A stretch of 64,000 nucleotides of DNA from Cycas panzhihuaensis (lineage: Eukaryota; Plantae; Cycadophyta), in contig CM041465.1 in NCBI GenBank assembly GCA_023213395.1, positions 175,219,741 to 175,283,740 on the forward strand. The letters run 5' to 3'. Of this stretch, positions 1 to 11,940 are shown piece after piece. The first letter of the stretch is position 1, and each line of letters begins with the position of its first letter. The notes beneath the pieces are model-generated. The model was not told where the DNA came from and ran no database searches. It was given only the letters and a program-made list of their open reading frames with translations. Position numbers and translations under genes: made by a program.

Positions 1-3000
1 ACCATCTCTATTACACCTTTTTGAATCAACTCACAAATGAAGTGATGGTTCATCCCGATATGTTTGGTGCAAAGAGTGGAACACATGATTTTTGGCAATC
101 TTTATCGTACTCTAATTATCATAGTACTAGATGGTTGGTTATGATGGTTGTAGTCCCATGTCCTCCAGAATCTAACGTAACCAAATGCTTTTGTAGCTAC
201 TACAATTGCAGTCTTGTACTCTGCTTCAGTAGAGGATAAAGTAACATTTGATTGTTTTTTTGTTGCTCTATGTGATTGTAGCTGAACCCATACTAAAATA
301 ATATCTAGAAGTTGGCCTTTTGTTGTCTACACATCTAGCCCAATCAAAATCTGTGAATCTTGTCAACTTGAAATTATTGTTATGCTTGAATCTAAGTCCA
401 TAGTGTATTGTCCCTTTCAAGTATTTAAGGATTCTTTTCGCAGCTTTCCAATGTCCCTACTTTGGTGATGCCATAAATTTAGACACTATTCCAATTGCAT
501 AAAATATGTCAAGTCTAGTGGTGATCAAATATATCAGACTTCCCACTAGTTGCCTATACAATGTAGCATCTACATTTGTTCCACCATCTTCTGCTATCAA
601 ACTAGAACATGTTTCCATGGGGGTAGGTGCAAGTTTACAATTTTCCATTATGAATTTCTTTATAATTTTCTAGGCATACTTAGCCTGCGAGATGAAGACA
701 TGTTCAAGGCTATGCCATACTTTCACTCCAAGGAAGTAATATAAGATTCCCAGATCAGTCATTTCAAAGTAATGACTAAGATCTGCCTTCAAGCATGATA
801 TCATATCGATATCATTACCTATGATCAATAAGTCATCAACATACAACACCACAAATATGATTTTATCATTTTCTACCTTGATGTATAGGTTTGGGTCAAC
901 TAGAGATCTCTCAAATCCATTTTTTTGAAAGTATTGATCAATTTTCTCATACCAGACCCTAGGAGCCCACTTCAGGCCATATAAGACCTTCTAAGTTAGA
1001 ATACCAGCTGCTTGTGGCCTTTTTCAATAAAGCAAGGTGATTGCTCCATGTAGACTTCTTCATTCAACGCCCCATTCAAAAATGCACTCTTAACATCCAT
1101 CTGGTATAGTTGCTAATTGAATTGTGCATCTATTGCCATAATGAGTCGAATAGTATTCATCCTTGCAACAAGAGTGAATGTCTCTTGGTAGTCGATCCCT
1201 TCTTGTTGCTTGAAGCCCTTAGTAACAAGTCGTACTTTATACTTGTCTAAGATCCATCAGATTTGAACTTGATTCTGCAAATCCAATTGTTTGCTTACCA
1301 ATAGGCAATTCTACTAAATTCCATGTGTGGTTTTTCTTGACTGCATGGATTTCAGATTCCATAGGGTCATACCACTTTTTCTCTTTCAATGCTTTTTTAA
1401 TTGTGGATGATTCATCAACACTCAAGACAATTGCCATAAGTGCCATATTTACATGATCAGAAGGTCACATTTTTTATTTTCACTTTCCCTCAAATTTTGG
1501 TAACATTTGCTCAGCATCCTCCATGGTTTTCGAATAGTATTTTGGAAGCTTCTTCGATGATGAAGGTGAATGCTTTACATCCAACTGTTTCTTTGGCTCA
1601 GGCTTCTTCAATTCTATCTTTGGCTTAAAATCAACTTATGAAAATTGGAATGATTCCATGTCAACTACTTCACCAATGTCGAAAGGTTCAAACTCTGGCT
1701 GGACAATATCATGTGAAGAACTGCACTCAGGCGGCTCCTCAACTTGGTCTTCAACAATTGTTCGACTAACATCCTGAGTCTAATCTTCTTGGACGATCAC
1801 ATCATGAGTTGCATGAACTTTTCGATTTGATAACTCGTATACCTTATGTGCTATACTCTCCTTAGAATACCCAACAAGGATGCATTTTGTGCTTTTGTCA
1901 TACAACTCTCGGCATTTATCCTTGGGAATATGCATATATGTTGTAAACCCAAAAATTCTGAGATGACTTATAGTTGACTTCCTTCCTGACTAAGCTTCCT
2001 TATGTGTCATATTCCTAATAGCCTTGATAGAGCTTTTGTTAGCCAAATATGTTATAGTATTTACAACTTCTGCCCATAAGTAATCAGCTACATCCTTGCC
2101 TCACATTAGGGCTTTTTCCTTTTCAACTAGAGTTCTATTCATTTTCTCAGCAACTCCATTTTGCTAAGATGTGTAGGCAGTAACAAATTGCCTCTTAATC
2201 CCATGATTCTTGTAAAACTCTGTAAATTCATTTGAGGTGCATTCTCCCCCATCATCAGTTCGTAGTACCTTAATTTTCAAACGGATTTCATTTTCCATCA
2301 TTTCTTTAAACTGTTCAAAATAGGTGAATGCTTGTGACTTTTCCTTTAGCGGAAAGACCCAAACTTTCTGTGAAAAGTCATTGATGAATGTAATGAAATA
2401 TCTCGCTCCACCTAGCAAGACGACATGCATTGATCCTCAAATGTCTAAGTGAACCAATCCTTGCTTCTCTTTTGCTCCCCATGCCCTTTTCTTTGGAAAG
2501 GGCTCTCTATGTTGTTTCCCAAATATACATGGTTCACACAAGCAACCTTTACTATCTATCATGTAGAGACCATGCACCATTTTTCACCTTATACATTAGT
2601 TGGAGACTGGTGTACTTCAGATGACCCATGCATTCATGCTACAACTTCTATTTTGGAGACACTAATAGGAACACTCTTTGCACATAAGAGTGTCCTTCCA
2701 ATTTGTACAAGTTGTTTTCCCTGACACACTTTATTACAACATTGTTTTATTTGTTCCAGACTGTGCATTATCTTCGAGCAAATGTTACAGTCATATCTTG
2801 TTCTTCCGTCCCCCATATAGAAACAAGGTTGGCCTTAAGATTTACTACATATAAAGCATTGTCCAGATATTATAGTTCTCCATTCAACATAACTATTGGC
2901 ACTTTTCCTACTCCTATGGCCTCTAAATCTGTGTCATCACCAATGGTGATCTTTTGATTTGCTTTCCACATCTGAAAGAACCATTCTATCCTTTCAATCA

Positions 3001-3356
3001 TGTGTCATGATGCACCAAAGTCAATGAACCAAACATCTTGTGCATCCAAGCCCATTTTGTACCAAGCAACTATTTTGATATCTCAGTAGGTGACTTGTTT
3101 GTTGCATTCAAAACTTGACCACATTGCCTAGGTGGTCATTATTGTTGCTACTACCTCTACAGTTGAGGTTGTTGATGTTGTTGTTGCTATCGTTGAGGTA
3201 AATTCTGAGATTGTTGTGAATGTTGTTGCCATTTCCAACAATACTTTTTAATGTGTTCTAATTTTCCACAGTGATAACATTTTAGTCTATGTTTCCAAAC
3301 AATATAATTTTGGGATTTATGGGTTTTTGTATGACTATACCACCTCTACTGGCCAT
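1..3356 (-). mobile_element. Decayed Ty1/Copia retrotransposon fragment (zinc knuckle-PR-INT-RT-RNaseH), running off the window start
   Basis: Minus-strand motifs in Copia order: CYHCGKLEHIKKYC (~3237-3280), protease WFIDFGAS*H (~3003-3035), integrase YFITFINDFSQKVWVF...LRTDDGGE (2164-2430), RT LYVDDLLI (670-852), YRQLVGSLIYL (457-648). Many stops and frameshifts. No LTR identified. Confidence 0.9.
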
Positions 3357-4405
3357 TTTTAAGCAGTAATAAAAAACAACTAGAAAACAAGAAGAACAAG
3401 CACAAAAATGAAGGAAACAACTGTAAGAGTCCTCAATCTACACACAAGTAGCTGGTATGACGTTTATTTGCCTTAGTCTACTTGTAGGTAGCCATAATAC
3501 CACTAAAAATCTAAAAAACTTGCTTTTTCTCTAAAATTTGTACAAAAATGCAGTGTGTGACCATTGCCAAATCGAAGCTCTCAAAAAACCGGTCACTGTG
3601 ATATATTTATTTTTAAAAAAACAGACTCTTAGTGGTCAAGAAAAGGCTCTAGCACCCAAATAACCATGTGACTGGTGGCTAGCAAGCAAGGGGCTAACTC
3701 GTGACCTTTAAATTACATTACAATCCAATTTAATATCACTAAACTTTATAAAAAGGTTAATAATTTTTAACCCAAAGTTAATTTAATAATATTCTAAGAG
3801 AATATTCCCCAAGGATGCGTGGGCAACAGATGGACCCCTCCACAAAATCAGCTGCATCTACTACTAGAAGTCGTTTCTTGTGAAATTTCTTGTACCACTG
3901 CATAGTTAGACTAACAACGGTTAGTATGAAAGGTTACACTCAATAGTTTCATGGTATTTTGCGACAATGAGCATGCAAATATCAGTGCTCTTCTTCCCTC
4001 ATCCAAGTTTGGCCTCCTCCATCTCAATTTGGCTTTGATCGACCTTCCTCACAGAGTAATTTTTCTCCCTTGAACATCTTTCCTCATCTAGCTCGTCTCC
4101 TCTACATGTTAGTGATTTGCTCGACCGTTTTCTTCACATGCATCTTCCTTCACCAAATCGTTCATTCCAAAACAAATCATAATAGGTTAATACATTGTAA
4201 GATCAAACCCCATAAAAGCCCATATACATATTGCACGAACTTGTGCTCACAATGAAGGAACCGTTAACAATAGCAGTTAGTGGACCATTTTTTATTGGTT
4301 TGATCGTTGTCTCCATGTCTTTGTGCTATTGGGTGACTCAGAATGGCTTGTGCCCTTTGTTGTTGGCGATCCGTTGGCAAGGTTGTGTCTTCTACTTTGT
4401 CTCTA

Positions 4406-4718
4406 TTCATGATGTGTGTTTGGCGTGTAGATGTCTCTTCTCCTCATGTGTTTACAGCCCTACATGAGGGGCGTGAGCATCCAACTCTACTATCTTCTTT
4501 GGCATGCTCTGTCTTTGCTTGATGACTAGCCTCTTCTGCATTCGGCTCTTAGATTATGGCCTTTGTTTAGCTTTCCTCATCTCTAATATCAGTCTCTTTT
4601 TGTGTTTGACGCTTGGTTCTTCTTCTGTTATATGTGTCGTTTCTTCAATCGTGAGCACCTTTGCTTTGGTAGCTCTATGTCTTATGCATTGGCTCTGATT
4701 TTCATGGTTGGGAAATTA
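4406..4718 (+). repeat. Left copy of ~312-bp direct repeat flanking the Copia at 4719-9920
   Basis: ttcatgatgtgtg...ttcatggttgggaaatta aligns end-to-end with 9917-10225 (roughly 40 differences by eye). Confidence 0.9.
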
Positions 4719-7700
4719 TGTTAAGATAAAGTTTTATCTAGGACATTAAGTTGTTAGTTAATGAGGGTTATTTGTCATTCCCTCTTCTTTGTAATAGTGA
4801 CAAGTGGCTTACATGTAGTAAGCAGTTACAAATTATTTCATGTATTTATAGAGAGATCATCTCTCATATAATTAATGAACATTTTTCATTACATACAATT
4901 TTCTTTCATGGTATCAGAGTAGGGCATGTTGCTTTCCTAGTTGAATTTTTGAAGAGGAGTACGTTAAATTTTCTGAGAGAAATTGAAGGAAGCTCAGTCC
5001 AAATTTTTCGCTCAAAAGGTTCAAAGGAGACTATTAGTACTTAAACTAATAATTGAAACGAGATCTGTGCCAAGATTAGTCAAGTATGGACATAACAAAT
5101 CAACATACGAACTGTACAAACCACGAATTTTCAAAGTTCTTAGAATCACTCGAAATTTTGCTAGGTGTGTCTCATCAAGGTCGTTGTCTCTCCCTAAAGG
5201 GTCGACTCAAGATCAACAAGTTTTAAGGCACTTTTGCCTCATTTTTTTAGGGCATAGGTTTAGAACTTCAACTGCAAATTTTCTTCATTCTGCTCTAGAT
5301 TTCCAAGTAATACCTATCACAAAGTCTTTGTCTAATTAATATGCTTCTTTTAAGTCTAGCCTCAGAGATTTTGAATAAGTTTTTGGCTAGATACGAGCAT
5401 TGTTCTCTCATAAACCCTAGTCGTACGCCCCTCATTTCGAGTCATTTTCTTAGTAGATCTGAGCAAGTTTCTTAAATTTTTTTGCATGTTTGAGGTCTTC
5501 TATTCAATATCTTTCTTTTGTACCCCTTTTTATATCAGTTCGTATAACTATCCTTTTGTACGAAATTCTGTACAATTATATAGCCAACTTGATAAAAGCC
5601 CTACAAAACCTTTTGATACCTCCAATCTTATTTTCTGAAATGGGTTCCTCCATTCTTGCTCTGAATGATCAAGACAAATTGACTCAAACAAACTATTTTG
5701 TATGGAAAATCAAGGTTGAAACCTTACTAAGGGCAAAAAATGCCTAAAATATAACCATAGGAAGAGGAAAATGGCCAACTAATGCCCCTGATCAACCAAA
5801 CTAGGATGACAAAAATAATTAAGGTGTAATAGTTCTGAAATTGTCCATCTCAAATCCTCTTTTGGTAACTCTTGTGAAGTTATTTAGAAGGTATTTGCCA
5901 ATCTCTATAGTCAAAGAAATGACACTAAGATTGTAGCTAGAAAGGAGGAACTATATAAATTGCACATGAGGGAAAAAGAAAATGTTTTAGAAATCATTCA
6001 TAGAGTCACATCAATCAAGAATGATTTAGTTAGTGTTGGAGCTAATCTTCATGTACAGAAACTTGTACAAATGATTGCAAACAAGTTTCTGAAGTTATTC
6101 GATAACATGATAAATTCCATAACCAATAATAATCAAATTGCAACTATGTCTCTTGAAACATTAACAAGTCTTCTGCTGAGGCAAGAACAAAGAAATAGGA
6201 GATACAAAGAAGAGACAGAGATTGAAGAGGCCTTCTTGTCCAAACTCAATTTCGGTCCCAAAGGACAAGGACAGTCTTCTTCAAGAGGTCGCGACAAGGC
6301 TCCCGACACTAGAAGCCAATCCAGAGGAAGGTGGCAAGAAAACAGAGGCAAAGGACAATCAATTCCACCAAGAGACTCTGGAGTCTATTTCAACTATGGG
6401 AAACCTGGGCACTTCTCCAACAATTGCAGAGCATTCGATGTATGCTACCATTGTGGGCAAGGAAGTCACTTTCCCTATCAGTGCTTTTACAGGAGAGCTA
6501 ATATTTAGAGAGGCAAAAGACCTACTGGGAATTACAACAAAGAACAAAACAATTTTGAGGGAGATGAAGAAGAAGAAACTGCATTCATAGTTGCACTTAT
6601 TGCCTACACCAAAGATGAAGATGTCTGGTATATTGATTCGAGAGCATCTAGTCACATGCCAGGCCATAGAGAATGGTTCGAATCCCCGAAGCCCTACTCT
6701 TTCAATAAATCAGTAGAGTTAGGGAACAAATATCCACTTAACATTCAAGGCATTGGAACAATAGCCGTTGAGATGAAAGGAAAAGTGTAGAAAATTGGTA
6801 ATGTTCTCTTTGTCCCGAGACTGAGGAAAAATCTCCTCTTAATCTCTCAACTCCAGAAGAAAAGGCTGAGGACCATGTTTGATGAGAATGGGTTCTATCA
6901 TAATCTAGACATGAAAAAAGAAGGAATTGTAATTGCTAAAGGTATAGAAAGCAATGATCTCTATATATTGCTTTCTCATCCTATCATTATAAAAAGTGAT
7001 GTAAAATCTTTTGCTATTACAAACATTGATAATAACAAACTCTGGCATTTGAAGTATGGGCATATCTTCTTTGATAGATTAGAATTATTGAAAAATTCAA
7101 ATATGGTTGATGGACTTCCATACAAGACATTTCATTCCTTTGTCTGTAAAGGTTGTTTGCTTGGTAAACAACATCATTTTCCTTTTCAAAGAAGTGAATG
7201 ACATGCGCAAAGCAAACTAGAATTAGTACATTCTTATCTTTGTGGGCCCATTACCCCAAGCTCAATCAATGGAGCTAAGTATTTTCTTACATTCATTGAT
7301 GACTTTTCCAGAAAAGTCTGGATATACTTCCTCTATAGTAAATCAGAAACATTTGATAAATCTAAAGAATTCAACGCTAAAGTAGAACTGGAACACAAAA
7401 ATAAATTAAAGTGCATCAGGTTCGATAGCAGAGGCAATGTACTTCAAAAGAATTTTAGTTCTTCTGCAAGACTCATGGGATGCATCAACAAATAACAACT
7501 CTCTACACTCCTTAATCAAATAATATAGTTGAATGGATGAACAAAACCATTATGGAAATGGCTCAAAGTCTAATTCAGGACAGACATATTTCAAAGACTT
7601 ATTGGGCAAAAGTTGTAAATACAACAGTTTATCTGATAAAATGAAGTCCAACTCAAGCCTTGAATAAAGTAACTCTAGAAGAAGTGTGGACGACGTACAA

Positions 7701-9920
7701 ACCTGATGTAAGTAATCTAAAATCTTTGGTTGCCAAGATTTTGTTCATATTCCTAATAAGAAGATATCAAAACTTGATTGTAAAAGTATAAAATGCATAA
7801 TGATATGCTACAATAAAAATTCAAAAGCATACAAAAGCATAGACCCAAAGACAAACGAAGCCTATGTAAGTAGGGATATTGTTTTTAGTGAGCAAGGCAT
7901 TATTGCAAGTCTAGTAATACATTAGGAAATTGAAATGGTTATAAGGGAATCTCCCACAGAAGTCCCTCCACCTGAAGACATATCTGGAATCACATCTAAA
8001 AATATGGAAACAAAAGAAGAGGAACAATTAGAAAATGTTCCTTCACCCATTAGAGAAATAAGTCCTAAAGAAGAAGAAAGCAGGACATCTTTCAAGAAGA
8101 TACCTAAATGGTATCTCAAAACAGTTGAAGAAGCAAAAGGTGATGTATTTCAGCACAAGACCAAGTCCTAGAAACATCAAGCTCTATTTTGTTAAGTTGA
8201 AACTTAGTCATGTGAAAGGCAAGTCAGCATGTTGAGTGGAAATCAACAATGGATACAAAAATGGCATCCATCTCCAAAAACAAAACTTGGGAACTATTTG
8301 AACCACCTACAAACAAACCAATTGTCAATTGCAAGTGGGTGTATAAAATAAAAGAGAACTCTGATGGAAAAATAGAAATATACAAAGCGAGATTAGTAGC
8401 TAAAGGCTACACTCAAACTGCATGGATAGGCTATGACAAAACCTTCTCTCCAGTAGCAAAGCTAAATATTGTGAGGATGGTAATCGTCTTAGATGCACAA
8501 TAGAATTGGAAAGTCTATCAACTGGATGTAAAAAGTGCCTTCCTGAATGAAGACCTTGAGGAAGAAGTATACATGCAACAACTAGAAGCATATGTTTAGA
8601 ATAGGAAAGAACATCTTGTACGTAGGCTAAAGAAAGCCCTATACGGGCTAAAACAAGTTTCAAGGACTTGGTATGCCAAGTTGGATAAGTATCTCATACA
8701 CAATCTTTTTCAAAGATGTGAATCAAATCCTAGTTTGTATGTGAAAAGAAGCCAAGGATTGATCACAAGAATCGTTGTATATATATATCATATACTTCTC
8801 ACAAACAGTGACATAGAATCCATCACAGCTATAAAAGTCTAGCTGGAAAAGGGCTTTGAAATGACTGATTTGGGACTTTTAAGTCATTACCTTGGTATAG
8901 AGGTGAAACAAAAGGAGGACTCAATCACCTTGTCATAGAACAAATATACCAAGAATTTGTTGAATAAATTCAAAATGGAAGATTGCAATAGTTATGAAAC
9001 TCCAATGAAAATAGTGTGTGATTTGACTCCAAACATAGGAAGAGCATTAGTCAATGCAACTCTATACAGGTAATTAATTGGAAGCCCGATCCATCTTACT
9101 ACCACCAGACCTAACATCTCATATTCAGTCAAAGTAATTTCTAGGTACATATAGGACCTAAAATTACTGTATTGGAGAGCAATTAAAAGGATACTCAGAT
9201 ATTTAAAAGGTACCTCAGATCTAGAACTTACATATACAAGAAATGAATAAGAAAAATTGACTAGATACAACGATTTTGATTGGGCTAGAGACAAAGAAAA
9301 AAGTAAATCAACAACTGGATATTACTTTCTTCTTAGATCGGCAACAGTAGCTTGGAGCAGTAAACGACAACCAACTGTTGCCTTCTTATCTACAGAAGCA
9401 GAATACAAATCAACAGTCAACGCATCTTGTGAAGCAATATGGCTAAGGTAGTTGCTGACAGATCTAAATCAATGGCAAAATGGTCCAACAACACACTATT
9501 GTGATAACCAAAGAATAATAAAGATGATAAAGAATCCAGTCTTCCATACACAAACCAAACACATTGAAGCGCATCATCATTTCATTCGAGAGGTGGTCCA
9601 GAACAAGGAAATAGATCTAATACATTGTACAAGAAGTGAACTTGCAGACATTCTAACTAAACCTCTTAGCAAAGACAAGTTTCAATTTTTCAGAAATAGG
9701 CTTGGATTAAGATAGATAGAACATTAAGAGAGGGTGTTAGGATAATGTTTTATCTAGGACATTAAGTTGTTAGTAAATGAGGGTTATGTGTCGTTCCCTC
9801 TTCTTTGTAATAGTGACAAGTGGCTTACATGTAGTAAGCGATTACGAATTATTTCATGTATTTATAGAGAGATCATCTCTCACATAATCAATGAACATTC
9901 TTCATTACATACAATGTTCA
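4719..9920 (+). mobile_element. Full-length decayed Ty1/Copia element, ~5.2 kb, ~190-bp LTRs
   Basis: 5' LTR 4719-4908 (TG..CA), PBS TGGTATCAGAG (tRNA-iMet type) 4909-4919, Gag from ~5640 with two CCHC knuckles, PR WYIDSRASSH (~6625), INT ~7200-7900, RT WVYKIKENSDG/ARLVAKGY, RNaseH STEAEYK/TKHIEAHHHFIRE, PPT AAGAGAGGG 9726-9734, 3' LTR 9735-~9920. About 11 mismatches between LTRs. No 5-bp TSD. Confidence 0.95.
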
Positions 9921-10225
9921 TGATGTGTGCCCGGCATGTAGATGTCTCTTCTCATTGTGTTTACAGCCCAACAAGAGGGGCGTAAGCGTCCAACTCTACT
10001 ATTTTCTTTAGCATTCTCTATCTTTGCTTGATGACAATCCTCTTCTACATTTGGCTCTTAAATTATGGCCTCTGTTTAGCTTTCATCATCTTTGATACCA
10101 GTCTCTTTTTGTGTTGACACCTAGCTCTTCTTCAGTTGTATCTATCATTTCTTCAAGCATGGGCACCTTTGCTTTGGTAGCTCTGCGTCTTATACATTGG
10201 CTCTGATTTCATGGTTGGGTAGTTA
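9917..10225 (+). repeat. Right copy of ~312-bp direct repeat flanking the Copia
   Basis: Homologous to 4406-4718 and begins exactly at the 3' LTR end. Confidence 0.9.
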
Positions 10226-10466
10226 TGGACATCCCATTATGCTTCGTTCCTCTCTTTATGGCGTATTCCTTTGACTATGAGGCTATTTGTCTCTCCTATT
10301 CAGTTGATGTCGTCTTAATATAGTTTTGCATTGAGTGTTGACATCTCAATGAGTTTGACAGTCATTCTTGTTCGTTCGTTCGTTCTTAGTCCAGCGTCGA
10401 CCAAAAAATGATCGATATAGTTGCAGGTCACCACCATGTGATGATCATGAAAGTTGCTCAGCCATG

Positions 10467-10467
<1 letters not shown>

Positions 10468-10511
<44 letters not shown>

Positions 10512-10512
10512 G
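10468..10512. repeat. Compound microsatellite (CA)n(TA)n
   Basis: acacacac...cacatatatatatata seen directly. Confidence 0.95.
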
Positions 10513-10956
10513 TATGTATTTACGTATAATTTAAAAACTATAGATTATGAAATTAGGAATATTCTTAATAAATATTTCCTTTTTAATAAAGGGACCCTTC
10601 TAAAGGTTTATAAAACATAGTATTTTGATATCTTCTTAATATTTCATCATAGCCCTATAGTCCTATAATCAGAGACTAGAGAATATAATAGTCTAGATTA
10701 AATTTTCAAATTTTCAGCAAAGATCAACAGTCTTCATCATTAGAGATCATAGCCTGATGATAAACAAATATCAGTTTCCATGCCCTCTTTTTATTTACTG
10801 GAGACTAGCCTTCATGCAAAGATGTTTTTCACCAATAGTAGAGACCTTCAAACACAATGTTTAGCAAAACAGCCCAATAATCATTAGTCACTATTCAACT
10901 ATTTTAATGGTTTCAAGGAGAGTACACAACATCATAGTGTCTTCACAGACTATCTC

Positions 10957-11106
10957 CTAGCTTACATGTTAGTTTTTTAGCCTACATGTGAGATCTGTTA
11001 GCTTGCATGTGAAATATATTAGCCTGCATGTCACATATGTTAATTTGCCTGCCTAACAAGCTTGCATGTCATCCTACATGTAAAATATGTTAGCCTACTG
11101 CATGTG
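10957..11106. repeat. Degenerate ~21-bp minisatellite (ttagcctRcatgtgaaatatg-like)
   Basis: Recurrent tagcttacatgt / tagcctacatgtg / tagcttgcatgtg / tagcctgcatgtc at ~21-bp spacing. Confidence 0.65.
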
Positions 11107-11940
11107 TTCATTCAAGCCTACAATTAATGTTCAATTGCCTGCATTCTAAACTCAACAACATGCATGTTAAAAAATGCTTTAAAAAATTAAATAACTTAGC
11201 CAAAAGGATAATTTAATGCATGTCCAATATGATAGTCTTCATCAACAAACAAAGCAAGTGCATAATCAACAATTACAGTTGAAAAAAGCACCATAAAACT
11301 AGCTTTGATGCCATGAATGTTGCAGGAAGGCATGCAATGAGGGACATTAATTGAAAGGATTAGCTATCAAAACCTTAGAAATTAATTCTAAAAATTTTGA
11401 TAAATCTTTATTCAATAATAATCACATATTGCATTAATTCAATGATCCTTACTTCACTTTTGAATTTCGACTATTACAACGGACCTATATCAACTTTAAC
11501 TAATAATTACAAGAATAATATTCCTACCTAAGTTGATTGATATGAAGTGAGAGTCGTGACCCCCCATTGACTCATCACTTTCACATAATTATAATCCTAA
11601 TATATTATAATATAAAAAATTAAGGGGGGAGGGATCCATGAACCCTCAAAATAAATATTAAAGTCTAACAAGAGCATAGTTTTTAGTTTTTTGGGGTTTT
11701 TGGAATGGAAAATTAGAAATTTGCAAAAGAAGTGTTCTTGTGTCGAGAGCTTGGTTCTATTTTCTTTGAGATATATTATTCTACTTTCATGCTTGTGTTA
11801 CAGAAGAGATCATCGCCCCGTCATCAAGACAATTGAAACAAAGTCCAATGCAATGTTTTCCCTAAGTCATCCATCAAAGCACATTGCCTTAACAATATCA
11901 TTGGACCATTCTACTTAGTTAATTCAAGTAGCTTAGTATT

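Noticed and set aside
4070-5339. Short hydrophobic ORFs from the ORF track
   Set aside because: They lie in the flanking repeat, LTR or 5' UTR and show no protein signatures.
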